Notes under the pieces: generated by a model
Seen by the model: only the letters and a program-made list of their open reading frames with translations
Told to the model about the DNA's origin: nothing
The model's database searches: none
Shown here: one piece after another, positions 39,438-48,644 of the stretch
How the letters are laid out: each line of letters starts with the position of its first letter
Position numbering within the stretch: position 1 is the first letter of the stretch
Made by a program: the position numbers and the translations under genes
Assembly: GCA_039588335.1 (NCBI GenBank)
Contig: JBDGZZ010000004.1
Coordinates: 1-61,449 of the forward strand
Reading direction: 5' to 3'
Length of the DNA: 61,449 nucleotides
DNA from: Gemmatimonadota bacterium
GTDB taxonomy: Bacteria; Gemmatimonadota; Gemmatimonadetes; Gemmatimonadales; GWC2-71-9

Positions 39438-40441
39438 CGCTTATCGCCGTCCTTGAAAGCGTCAGTGAAGGCTTGGGCTGCCTTTTTGACCGCGTCCGCA
39501 ACGTCGCCCACGGTCTCCTTGGCGCTCTTGGCGTAGTGGGTCGCGGCCTCACCGATGTCTTCGGTGACTGACCGCTTTTCTTCCTCTTCGCCCCGATGCG
39601 TGTACTCGCCGCGCACGATTCTGTCGTAGTCTCCGTCGGTGATCCAGCGTTGCAGCTCAGCGGCGCGGAGGGTGTTGAAAGGGTGTGTCAGGCTCAGCGT
39701 GTTCAGAATCTTGTAGACCTTATCCATGGGGCCACCCATGGTTTCGTACTCCCGGGCCTGCTCCATGAACGTATCCAGATCGGTATCGCCGGCCGCACCG
39801 CCGCCCGCCAGCTTGAGGAAGACCCGCATGGATGCAACTGGATCCTGGGTGGACAAGAGCCCCGCACGGTCTGAGGACAGTTCTGCCTTGCGCGACCACT
39901 CGAGCAAAGCCAGCTGAATCGGCAAGAGTGCTACTCCCGCCAGGAACGGCAAGTTGTTGAACCCAAACATCAGGAGGATGAACAAGACCGTCCGGTAGAG
40001 CGAATGTCCGCTCATCACATGACCCAGTTCGTGACCCAGCAGAACACGCAGCTCGTCTTCGTCCAGTAGGGTCACTGCGCCCGAATTGACCGTGATGAAC
40101 GGATGATCCATTCCCACGGCGCCCGCGTTCACAACTGGTGTCTGGGTTATGTAGAGTTCCGGATGTTCGTGCCAGTCCATGGTCGCTACCACGTCTGTCA
40201 TCAGCTCGTGCGCCTTTGGGAACTGTCTCGGGCCCACCCGCACTGCGTTTGCCTGGAAGAGGAGACGGATGCCGCGCTCCCCGAAAAAGCCGAAAATGCG
40301 CCTTACAACCTCGTCGAAGCCTGGAATCGCGCGCAGTGTCTGGAGAGCCGCTCGGTCCGCTGGATGTTCCCAGGCCGTGGCCGAAATGTTCTTCAATACG
40401 ACTCGTGAACGCTCGGCCGGAAGGCCCGTGTCTTCGCTCAT
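39434..40441 (-). CDS. M48 family zinc metallopeptidase
   Basis: HELGHVMSGH motif, two internal hydrophobic helices and a charged C-terminal tail. Confidence 0.8.
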   Translation of the reverse strand: MSEDTGLPAERSRVVLKNISATAWEHPADRAALQTLRAIPGFDEVVRRIFGFFGERGIRLLFQANAVRVGPRQFPKAHELMTDVVATMDWHEHPELYITQTPVVNAGAVGMDHPFITVNSGAVTLLDEDELRVLLGHELGHVMSGHSLYRTVLFILLMFGFNNLPFLAGVALLPIQLALLEWSRKAELSSDRAGLLSTQDPVASMRVFLKLAGGGAAGDTDLDTFMEQAREYETMGGPMDKVYKILNTLSLTHPFNTLRAAELQRWITDGDYDRIVRGEYTHRGEEEEKRSVTEDIGEAATHYAKSAKETVGDVADAVKKAAQAFTDAFKDGDKR

Positions 40442-40534
40442 TGCTGCCTCCGAATTTCTGAGGGTACTGCCAACGAAGTCCTAGCTGTTGTTACTCCGTA
40501 CGCTCACAAAACAGCGGGGTTTCACTCTGGGACT

Positions 40535-41713
40535 TCATGCCTTTTTGGCTGCCAGCAGCGCCTGGTCCAGGTCTGCGATGAGGTCCTCGGTCTCCTCTAT
40601 ACCCACGGAGAGCCGGACCAACCCGTCGGTCAATCCCATTGCCTCCCGCATTTCTCTGGGCACGGAAGCATGCGTCATCGACGCGGGGTGCCCGATGAGG
40701 CTCTCGACACCGCCGAGTGACTCCGCAAGGGCAAAGATACGGGTGGTCTCAACTACGATTCTGGCCCTCTCGATCGAGCCGAGCTCGAGAGATATCATTC
40801 CCCCGAAGCCGGTCATTTGGCGGCTGGCCAGGTCGTGTTGCGGGTGACTGGCTAGGCCCGGGTAATAGACTCTGTGAACCGCGGGATGCTCTTCCAGCCA
40901 GGCCGCTATCCGGCGCCCTGACAGATCGTGCTGTCGCATTCTCAAGGGCAACGTTTTGACCCCGCGCAGAGCCAGCCAGCAGTCGAGCGGACCGGGTACG
41001 GCTCCGGACGAGTTCTGTATGAACTCGAGGCGTTCGGCCAGATCATCCCTGGTGGTTATTGCCACGCCACCGACCATGTCACTGTGTCCATTTATGTACT
41101 TGGTCGTCGAATGGACTACGACTTCTGCCCCTAGGGCTATCGGTTGTTGGAAACACGGTGTGGCAAAGGTGTTGTCGACAACAATTATCAGACCCCGCTC
41201 GCGTGCGAGATTGCAGACACCCGCTAAATCCGTGACATGCATCATGGGGTTGGTCGGTGTCTCTACGAACAACATTCGCGTCTTCGACGTAACGGCTGCG
41301 TCGATGAGTGTCTGATCTCGGGTATCCACAAAAGTGAATTTGAATCCCAAGCGCTCGAATATGTGAGTCATGATACGATGGGTGCCGCCGTACACGTTTT
41401 CACCGCATATGACGTGGTCTCCCGCCTCGAGCAGCTTGAGTACGGCATCTGTGGCAGCCAGGCCTGAAGCGAACGCGTGACCGTGCGTGGCTCCCTCCAG
41501 TGCGGCCAGATTCCGTTCCAAGGCGTCCCGAGTGGGGTTCCTGGTTCGGGCGTATTCGAATCCCTTGTGCTCTCCCAGCCTCGGCTGGACGTACGTTGAT
41601 GTTTGGTAAACGGGTGTCATGATTGCACCCGTGGCATCATCGGGTCGCTGACCGGCATGTACTGCCCGCGTCGCGAATCCGTCGTGAAGGTCTTCGTCCA
41701 AAACGCGTGTCAT
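40535..41713 (-). CDS. Cys/Met-metabolism PLP-dependent enzyme (cystathionine gamma-synthase/beta-lyase family)
   Basis: PLP-lysine context HSTTKYINGHSD and family-typical length. Exact substrate specificity cannot be read from the sequence. Confidence 0.8.
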   Translation of the reverse strand: MTRVLDEDLHDGFATRAVHAGQRPDDATGAIMTPVYQTSTYVQPRLGEHKGFEYARTRNPTRDALERNLAALEGATHGHAFASGLAATDAVLKLLEAGDHVICGENVYGGTHRIMTHIFERLGFKFTFVDTRDQTLIDAAVTSKTRMLFVETPTNPMMHVTDLAGVCNLARERGLIIVVDNTFATPCFQQPIALGAEVVVHSTTKYINGHSDMVGGVAITTRDDLAERLEFIQNSSGAVPGPLDCWLALRGVKTLPLRMRQHDLSGRRIAAWLEEHPAVHRVYYPGLASHPQHDLASRQMTGFGGMISLELGSIERARIVVETTRIFALAESLGGVESLIGHPASMTHASVPREMREAMGLTDGLVRLSVGIEETEDLIADLDQALLAAKKA

Positions 41714-41827
41714 GGCTTTCTATAGCATGATTTGGGAGAAATCTGTGCGGGAACGTACGCACTCGCGACAGGTACGGCAAGCGGACTGGCTTGAAGTCCG
41801 CGGCGGCTCAACGTACGTTAGCCAGCG

Positions 41828-42922
41828 ATGAATGAACTGCCGAATACTTGCCTCGTGGTGGACGATGAGCCACAACTCCGTGAATCTTTGCGGCGCGTGC
41901 TCGAGGCTGCCGGTTATGAAGTTCTCGTTGCCGAGTCAGGAGTAGACGCTCTTGAGAGGCTCGCGCACAATGAAATACCGCTCGTCATCTCCGACATCCG
42001 TATGGCGGAAATGGACGGGTTCACGTTGTTGCGGCGGATTCGGGAGAGTTGGCCGGAAGTAGCGGTCGTGATGGTTACGGCTGTGACTGAGGTAGACGTG
42101 GCAGTTGCGTGCCTCAAGTTGGGCGCGATGGATTACATCCTCAAACCGTTCCAGATCGAGGAAGTAGGTGCGCGTGCCGAACAGGCACTGGACAAGCGGC
42201 GCCTGATCCTCCAGAACAGGCACTATCAGGATCATCTGGCCGATCTGGTTCAGCAGCAGGCACACCGGATTGAAGAGCTATTCCTCGAAGGAGTGCAGAC
42301 GCTTGTAGAGGCTCTCGAGGCCAAGGACGCCTATACGAGGGGACATTCTTCACGTGTTGCGGTGTACTCGAGTGGAATCGCACATGAACTTGGGATGGAT
42401 GATAAGGATACCCAGTTGATCGAACTCGGAGCGGAATTGCATGACGTCGGCAAAATCGGAGTGCGGGAAGCTGTCCTCCTCAAGCCGGGACGACTGGAGT
42501 CCCACGAGTATGACCACCTGATGGAGCACACCGTAATCGGTGCACGGATTCTGGATCCACTGTTGAAGAATGCACCACAGGTGTTGGGAATCGTGAGGTC
42601 GCACCACGAACGAATGGATGGAAAAGGGCGGCCGGATGGGTTGGAGGGAGACGGCATTCCGATGCACGCCAAGGTTGTCACGGTTGCGGACTCTTTTGAC
42701 GCAATGACATCGGCGCGGCCCTACCGACCGGCGATGGACGCTGTAGATGCCATAGCCGAACTCGAACGATGCAAGAGTTCGCAATTCGAGCCTGATGCAG
42801 TAGATGCTTTCCTGCGGGCCTTTCCCGACGAGCACACACTGCCCATTACAACGCCGAAGAAAGTACGCCGATCTCTGCCCGAGGGTGTGGCGAGTGGGGA
42901 TCCGGGACCATCGCTGCACTGA
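41828..42922 (+). CDS. Response regulator with HD-GYP-type phosphodiesterase domain (GYP replaced by GRP)
   Basis: REC features: DDE pocket, ISDIRMAEMDG, VMVTA and ILKPF. HD features: RGHSSRVA, LHDVGKIGV and HHERMDGKGRPDG. Confidence 0.8.
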   Translation: MNELPNTCLVVDDEPQLRESLRRVLEAAGYEVLVAESGVDALERLAHNEIPLVISDIRMAEMDGFTLLRRIRESWPEVAVVMVTAVTEVDVAVACLKLGAMDYILKPFQIEEVGARAEQALDKRRLILQNRHYQDHLADLVQQQAHRIEELFLEGVQTLVEALEAKDAYTRGHSSRVAVYSSGIAHELGMDDKDTQLIELGAELHDVGKIGVREAVLLKPGRLESHEYDHLMEHTVIGARILDPLLKNAPQVLGIVRSHHERMDGKGRPDGLEGDGIPMHAKVVTVADSFDAMTSARPYRPAMDAVDAIAELERCKSSQFEPDAVDAFLRAFPDEHTLPITTPKKVRRSLPEGVASGDPGPSLH

Positions 42923-42947
42923 ACTCACAGTTACCTTTCCTGATTCA

Positions 42948-44303
42948 ATGAGCGATAACCTGATAGTCAGTGTTTCGGGTGTCCGCGGCATCGTGGGCAC
43001 TGATCTAACTCCGGAAGTAGTCAAACGGTACGCCAGTGCATTTGGGCTGTTGGCGCGCCGGTCTGGGGGACACCACGTTGTGCTGGGGCGCGACGCCCGC
43101 ACGTCAGGACCGATGTTTGCGGACGCTGCTGCTGCTGCCCTGCAGGAGTCCGGGGTCTCGGTGATCGATTGCGGACTGATTCCGACCCCTACCGCCCAGC
43201 TAGCAGTGGAACACCATGGTGCTGCTGGTGGGATCGTCATTACGGCAAGCCACAACCCGGTGGAGTGGAACGCCCTAAAGTTTGTTGGGCCCGACGGCCT
43301 ATTCTTGGACAGGGAGAAAGCCGCGGAGCTGTTCGAACTGGCAGACGGTAGGCAGGCCGTGCAGGCCAGTGACAAGTCCGTCGGCGAGCGCACGGTGGAC
43401 AAAGGTGCAGTGGAGAGGCATCTACAGGCAGTACTCGAGTTGGATCTAGTGGATATTGATGCGGTGCGGTCGAGGTGCTTCACAGTAGCATTGGATTGCG
43501 TCCGCGGAGCTGGCGGCACGATCATGCCCGCATTGCTTGACCGGCTTGGCTGCAGGATGGTTGGAATAGACCTCGAAACCGACGGACTGTTTCCGCGTCC
43601 TCCCGAGCCGGTTCCGGCGAATCTGACTGGAGTAGCCGATTTGGTCCGTGACAGCGGTGCGGATATTGGCCTGGCGGTCGATCCAGACGTTGATCGGTTG
43701 GCATTGCTCGACGAGAACGGGACAGCCATAGGAGAGGACTATACGCTGGCATTCGCTCTTCGAGCTGTGTTACCAAAGCGCAAGGGACCGGTAGTAACCA
43801 ACCTATCTACGTCCAGGGTCGTTGAGGATGCTGCTCGGGCATTCAACGCGGAGTTCCATCGCGCTCCGGTAGGCGAGGCGAACGTGGCGTCGGCTATGAA
43901 GGACTGCCAAGCCGTCATCGGCGGTGAAGGTAACGGAGGTGTAATGCTGCCCGAGCTACACATCGGACGCGACGCCCCTGTCGCCACCGTCCTGGTGCTC
44001 AGCTTGCTGGCGCGACAGGGATGTTCGGTGAGTGAACTCGTAGCTGCGGCACCGCGGTACTCTATAGTGAAGGCGAAAGTAGATAGGAAGGGCCCTCTGC
44101 AAAGCCTGTACGACGCTCTTCAAGGTCAGTTTCCCGAGGCTTCCGTTGATCGACAGGACGGAATGCGCTTCGCATGGTCTGATTCGTGGCTACACGTGAG
44201 ACCCTCGGGGACAGAGCCGATCGTACGGTTCATTGCGGAAGCACCAACCGACGAGGCCGCACGGAACCTGGTGGAAGCTGCACAGGGGCTGTTGGAAGGA
44301 TAG
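42948..44303 (+). CDS. Alpha-D-phosphohexomutase (phosphoglucosamine mutase / phosphomannomutase type)
   Basis: VSGVRGIVG start, active-site ITASHNP and metal loop DPDVDR. I prefer ATG 42948 to the track start at 42804, which lies inside the upstream gene. Confidence 0.8.
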   Translation: MSDNLIVSVSGVRGIVGTDLTPEVVKRYASAFGLLARRSGGHHVVLGRDARTSGPMFADAAAAALQESGVSVIDCGLIPTPTAQLAVEHHGAAGGIVITASHNPVEWNALKFVGPDGLFLDREKAAELFELADGRQAVQASDKSVGERTVDKGAVERHLQAVLELDLVDIDAVRSRCFTVALDCVRGAGGTIMPALLDRLGCRMVGIDLETDGLFPRPPEPVPANLTGVADLVRDSGADIGLAVDPDVDRLALLDENGTAIGEDYTLAFALRAVLPKRKGPVVTNLSTSRVVEDAARAFNAEFHRAPVGEANVASAMKDCQAVIGGEGNGGVMLPELHIGRDAPVATVLVLSLLARQGCSVSELVAAAPRYSIVKAKVDRKGPLQSLYDALQGQFPEASVDRQDGMRFAWSDSWLHVRPSGTEPIVRFIAEAPTDEAARNLVEAAQGLLEG

Positions 44304-44308
44304 ACTAA

Positions 44309-44488
44309 CCGCCTGAGGTCGCTCGCGATGCTGACGCTCAGCTCGGGAGGCTCCGTAACCTCTCAGATCAGCAGGGACGTGAGATGAAACATGGTCCCAT
44401 AGCATTGATAGACGAAATGATGCCGGTTGTCTTCATGGCCCCAAGTGATGGGGTGCACTCGAAGATCGTGTTGAACATCCAGGAATGA
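44309..44488 (+). pseudogene. glmS: Relic of the glmS isomerase (SIS) domain
   Basis: The open frame reads ...LGRLRNLSDQQGREMKHGPIALIDEMMPVVFMAPSDGVHSKIVLNIQE*. GE(L/M)KHGP(I/L)ALID..MPV...AP is the conserved C-terminal SIS motif of GlmS (from memory). There is no N-terminal amidotransferase domain and no C-terminal end. The stop overlaps the dtd ATG. Confidence 0.6.
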
Positions 44489-44922
44489 GAGCTGTTCTAC
44501 AACGCGTCTCACGAGCCTCGGTCTCGGTGGACGGGAAAACGGTGGGGTCGATCGGGAAAGGGATCCTGGTGCTGGTGGGTTTCTCGAGTGACGATGGTCC
44601 CGACCAAACACAGTGGATGGCAGACAAGATTGTTGGTCTGCGAATCTTCCCGGACGATGACGGCCGCATGAACCGAGACGTACGTGAGACCGGAGGCTCG
44701 GTCTTGGTCGTTTCACAGTTCACGCTCTACGCGGACGCACGAAAGGGCCGCCGACCGTCCTTTGTCGGTGCAGCGCAGCCAGAACAGGCAGAAGTCAACT
44801 ACAATCGATTCATCGGTGAGCTAGGAGAGCTCGGTATAGCTGTGGCGACCGGAGAGTTCGGAGCCTTGATGGAGGTGGACCTACTCAACGATGGGCCGGT
44901 CACGTTGATTCTGGACCGATGA
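44485..44922 (+). CDS. dtd: D-aminoacyl-tRNA deacylase
   Basis: MRAVLQRV start, SQFTLYAD and NDGPVT motifs, 145 aa. Confidence 0.9.
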   Translation: MRAVLQRVSRASVSVDGKTVGSIGKGILVLVGFSSDDGPDQTQWMADKIVGLRIFPDDDGRMNRDVRETGGSVLVVSQFTLYADARKGRRPSFVGAAQPEQAEVNYNRFIGELGELGIAVATGEFGALMEVDLLNDGPVTLILDR

Positions 44923-45491
44923 TCGTACTGGCTTCGAGTTCACCACGACGCAGACAACTGCTGGACATGTTGGGGATCGAATACATCGTCGACCCGCCTG
45001 ACATCGATGAGGTTCACGATCCAGGTGAATTGCCGGAGGCGTTGGCAGTAAGGCTTGCCCGGGAAAAGGCGGTTGCAATCCGCGCTCGTCATCCTGACGT
45101 CCCCGTTCTCGCAGCTGACACGCTGGTTGCAGTTGACGACCAGATCCTGGGGAAGCCAGCCTCACGAGAGGAAGCCGAACGCATGCTCGCTATGCTGGCG
45201 GGTCGCGACCACCGTGTGATCACCGGCGTCGCGCTGGCTTGGGATGATACTACGGCTGAGAAGTACGACATCACTCGGGTCTGGTTCAGGCAGCTGGACG
45301 CCGACCAGATAAGAGACTACGTAGCCACGGGCGAGCCGATGGACAAGGCGGGAAGTTACGGTGTACAGGGGCGCGGTGCGGTGTTGGTGAAGAAGATCCA
45401 GGGAGATTTCTTCAGCGTGATGGGGCTGCCCTTGCGCCTGGTCGTGGAACTGCTGGAGAAAGCAGGTTTGCCCTACCGCTTCACCCGGTAG
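44919..45491 (+). CDS. maf: Maf-like nucleoside triphosphate pyrophosphatase
   Basis: VLASSSPRR start and KAGSYGVQG motif. ATGA overlap with dtd. Confidence 0.9.
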   Translation: MIVLASSSPRRRQLLDMLGIEYIVDPPDIDEVHDPGELPEALAVRLAREKAVAIRARHPDVPVLAADTLVAVDDQILGKPASREEAERMLAMLAGRDHRVITGVALAWDDTTAEKYDITRVWFRQLDADQIRDYVATGEPMDKAGSYGVQGRGAVLVKKIQGDFFSVMGLPLRLVVELLEKAGLPYRFTR

Positions 45492-47101
45492 ACCGGCACC
45501 TTGTCGGCCTTGCCCTTCAGCTCGAGCGCCTCCATCTCCTCTACCGCCGGCGGCTTCCTCAGTTCATCGAAGAAACGCTGAGATAGGATGATCTCACCGG
45601 GTCCCGCCTTGGAGCAGAGTCGTGAGGCCGTGTTCACCGCGTCGCCGATCACGGTGTACTCCAGACGTCGATCACTACCGATGTTGCCGGCGAAGACATC
45701 GTAGTAATCGATACCGATACCGATTTCCACTGTTTGCCGACCCTCGGCGGCCCACTTCACGTTCAGGCGTGCCAGTACACTCTGCATCTCAATGGCGGCC
45801 TGAATGGCGCGGTCGGCGTCGTCCTCGTGCGCGATTGGCGCTCCCCACAGAGCCATAATCGCGTCACCCATGAACTTGTCGAGCGTCCCGCCGTGTTCGA
45901 ACACTATCTCTACCATTTCTGTGAAGTACTCATTGAGCAGAGTAGCTATGTCGTCCGGCCCCATTTTTTCTGACATCGGGGTGAATCCACGGATGTCGCT
46001 GAAGAAGACGACCACGGGGCGCCTGGTGCCTCCCAGCTGAATCGCACCTTCTTGTCCCGCAATCTGCTGAGCAATGTTGGGAGCGAAGTAGCGCTGGAAG
46101 TTGGACAGTACAACGGCCTCGCGTTGTATTCGATCGAGCAACTGGCTGTTTTCGATTGCAACTGCGGCTATGCCCGAGAAGGCGATCAGGAACTCCAGGT
46201 CCTCATCACCAAAGGCCTCTGTCGCAGTCTGGCTGTCTACGTAAATCAATCCAAGAACCCTGCCCTCACCGCCTCTGTTGCGGCTACCCAGCAAGGGTGC
46301 ACACATTGCGCTGCGGACGCTCTGAACCAAAATCGATTTGCCGCGAAAGCGATCGTCTGTCGCTGCGTTGTCCGTCAGGATAGCCAATTTCTCTGACACC
46401 GCGCGGCGTGCTATGGACTGTGGAACATGACGGCTACCGCCACTACTTCCCAAGGCACTTCTGGAGATTCTCGGAATCAAGTCCTCGTTTTCTCCCTCTA
46501 CCATCAGAATCGACACACGGTCTACGTTCATTACCTGGAATGTGATGTCAACGACTTTCTCGAGCAGTTTGTCGACATCTTGATGTCGCGATAGAGCCTG
46601 CGAAATGTCGAGCAGAAGGGTGAGTTTCCGTGATCTTCGCTCTTCTTCCGATTCACCCTCTACCTTGAGTTGGGAGCCGCTGCTGGGACGAGCAACGACC
46701 TTGTCTTCCAGGTCTCCTGTGTCTGGGACTGCGACTTGGCGCACTATGGTTGCTTCAGGAGGTGGAGCCGTAAACGCAGCCTGTTCCGAAACGGGGGGCT
46801 GGGCAGTCGGTGGAGTGGTTTCGGCCACCCTGAAAGCCACTCTCCCGAACATGACGACGTCTCCGTTTACCGCAGTGGTCTCTTCGATCGGAGTGCCATT
46901 TATGAATGTCCCGTTGCTGGAGCCCAGATCCTTGACCCGGACTCCACCGTCGGTGAGCTGCATTTCGGCGTGGTTACGGGAGACAGTCGGATCGTAGATC
47001 GGCAGGTCACTCGTGACTGCCCGACCGACCATGAATATTGATCCCGCCCTCAGGTCGATGGTCTGATCGCCAGTCGTACTTGCCAGTTTGAATGTTCGCA
47101 A
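45473..47101 (-). CDS. FHA-GAF-class III nucleotidyl cyclase
   Basis: N-terminal FHA (VGR....D......VSRNHA......V.DLGSSNGTFING), a central GAF-like region, and C-terminal cyclase motifs VVFFSDIRGFT, KFMGDAIMALWG and IGDAVNTASRL. Confidence 0.8.
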   Translation of the reverse strand: MRTFKLASTTGDQTIDLRAGSIFMVGRAVTSDLPIYDPTVSRNHAEMQLTDGGVRVKDLGSSNGTFINGTPIEETTAVNGDVVMFGRVAFRVAETTPPTAQPPVSEQAAFTAPPPEATIVRQVAVPDTGDLEDKVVARPSSGSQLKVEGESEEERRSRKLTLLLDISQALSRHQDVDKLLEKVVDITFQVMNVDRVSILMVEGENEDLIPRISRSALGSSGGSRHVPQSIARRAVSEKLAILTDNAATDDRFRGKSILVQSVRSAMCAPLLGSRNRGGEGRVLGLIYVDSQTATEAFGDEDLEFLIAFSGIAAVAIENSQLLDRIQREAVVLSNFQRYFAPNIAQQIAGQEGAIQLGGTRRPVVVFFSDIRGFTPMSEKMGPDDIATLLNEYFTEMVEIVFEHGGTLDKFMGDAIMALWGAPIAHEDDADRAIQAAIEMQSVLARLNVKWAAEGRQTVEIGIGIDYYDVFAGNIGSDRRLEYTVIGDAVNTASRLCSKAGPGEIILSQRFFDELRKPPAVEEMEALELKGKADKVPVYRVKR

Positions 47102-47150
47102 TTCGAGATCCTCTGCTGGGCAAGAATATATCCGGCACTCAGGGACGGCG

Positions 47151-48644
47151 CTAACGCCGGGCGGCCAGGGCTAGGGCGCGCAACACGGCCCCCGCCTTGC
47201 TTTCAGTCTCTTCGAACTCACGGCTAGGATTGCTGTCGGCCACGATTCCGGCGCCCGCCTGGACGTATGCCTTGTCGCCACGGAGCACGGCTGTACGGAT
47301 GGTAATGGCTGTGTCGAGACTCACCCCGCCCCATCCGATGTGGCATACTGCTCCTGCGTATGGGCCCCGGCGTGTGGGCTCCATGCCGTCGATGATCTGC
47401 ATCGCCCGGACCTTGGGTGCACCAGTGACGGTGCCGGCTGGGAAACAGGCCCGGAGGACATCGACAGCGTCGAGTGACGGTCGTAGTCTTCCACGTACTT
47501 CACTGACGATGTGCTGAACGTGTGAATATCGTTCGATTACGTGGTTCTCGGTCACACGCACTGATCCGTACTCCGAAACTCGCCCAACATCGTTGCGTCC
47601 CAAATCGACCAGCATCGCGTGTTCGGCGAGTTCCTTTTCATCCGCCAGTAGTTCCCGTGCCAGCCGTTCGTCGTGATCAGGATCGCCCCCACGGGGCCTG
47701 GTGCCGGCTATCGGCCGTACGGTGATGTCATCTTCCTGCACGCGAACGAGTACCTCAGGTGAGCTTCCTGCTATTGCGAAATCATCGAGTGCGAGGAAAT
47801 AGAGATACGGTGCAGGGTTGAGCGCTCTCAGCGAGCGGTATACGTCGAGCGGGTTGGCATCGACCGAGACATCTTGACGCCGCGACAGTACGGCCTGGTA
47901 GACGTCACCAGCGGCGATGTGCTCTTTGATGCGGACGATATCTCGTTCGAAATCTCCTCGCGGGTACGCACTCACGGTTGGAAGAGGCGGAGCTTCGTCG
48001 AGTCCCAAGGGAGCGAGCTTTGGAGGATCGAGCAGCCGCTGCAACAGCTCCTCGATCCTGCTCAAGGCCCGATCGTACTCTCGCCGGAGTTCGGTAGACG
48101 ACGCTCCTTCACTCACATTCGTATTCGCCAGCAGAATGGCTCGTCCGAACGCATTGTCGATGATCACCAGAGTATCAGAAATCATGAACTCGGCGTCAGG
48201 GAAGCCAAGATCGTCAGTCGGCCCGCCTGGTAGTCGTTCCAACGATCGAACTACGTCGTATCCGAGGTATCCAACCGCGCCTCCGGCAAACCGAGGAAGT
48301 TCCGGAACATCGATGGCGCGAAGTGGGCGCAGCCGATTCGTTATGTGTTCCAGAGGATTGCCACACCGACCGGTGCTTTCCCAGTCTCCTCCGGGCGTCC
48401 ATCGCTCCGCTTGCCCATGCCGGTAACGCCATGCTTCGCCTGGCTCCGTCCCAAGAAACGTGTAGCGTGCCCAGCGTTCTCCACCAACGAGGGACTCAAG
48501 CAAGAAACTGAAGGGGGGCCGTGCAATGGCCGCGAAAGCGGTCACCGGAGTGAGCGTGTCTGCGGCAAACTCACGCACCACTGGGACAATCCCGCCGGAG
48601 CGGGCCAGTTTGCGGTAACTGTCGAACGTCGTGTGGTGAATCAC
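47151..48644 (-). CDS. trpE: Anthranilate synthase component I
   Basis: LLES feedback motif (FLLESLVGGERWARYTF) and a chorismate-binding C-terminus (GTVTGAPKVRAMQII, GGVSLDTAITIRT). The GTG start overlaps the upstream stop (GTGA). Confidence 0.85.
   Translation of the reverse strand: MIHHTTFDSYRKLARSGGIVPVVREFAADTLTPVTAFAAIARPPFSFLLESLVGGERWARYTFLGTEPGEAWRYRHGQAERWTPGGDWESTGRCGNPLEHITNRLRPLRAIDVPELPRFAGGAVGYLGYDVVRSLERLPGGPTDDLGFPDAEFMISDTLVIIDNAFGRAILLANTNVSEGASSTELRREYDRALSRIEELLQRLLDPPKLAPLGLDEAPPLPTVSAYPRGDFERDIVRIKEHIAAGDVYQAVLSRRQDVSVDANPLDVYRSLRALNPAPYLYFLALDDFAIAGSSPEVLVRVQEDDITVRPIAGTRPRGGDPDHDERLARELLADEKELAEHAMLVDLGRNDVGRVSEYGSVRVTENHVIERYSHVQHIVSEVRGRLRPSLDAVDVLRACFPAGTVTGAPKVRAMQIIDGMEPTRRGPYAGAVCHIGWGGVSLDTAITIRTAVLRGDKAYVQAGAGIVADSNPSREFEETESKAGAVLRALALAARR

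Noticed and set aside
41714-41827. SAM or other riboswitch upstream of the trans-sulfuration PLP enzyme gene.
   Set aside because: - The minus-strand leader shows none of the SAM-I core elements I can recall.
- It has no obvious multi-stem structure.
42350-43729. A 459-aa ORF on the minus strand spanning the HD-GYP and phosphohexomutase genes. Similar long antisense or alternative-frame ORFs occur at 22843-23805, 51937-52812, 36721-37566, 1274-2044 and 20049-20987.
   Set aside because: - Their composition is Ser/Arg/Pro/Ala-rich with no recognisable motifs.
- Each lies opposite, or out of frame with, a gene that has strong family signatures.
- Shadow ORFs like these are expected in GC-rich coding DNA.
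45473-45491. Convergent 3' overlaps: maf/cyclase (19 nt) and GspE-REC/acyltransferase at 53674-53677 (4 nt).
   Set aside because: - The overlaps are real in the sequence.
- They are consistent with the generally compact gene packing of this window and are not evidence of a special mechanism.
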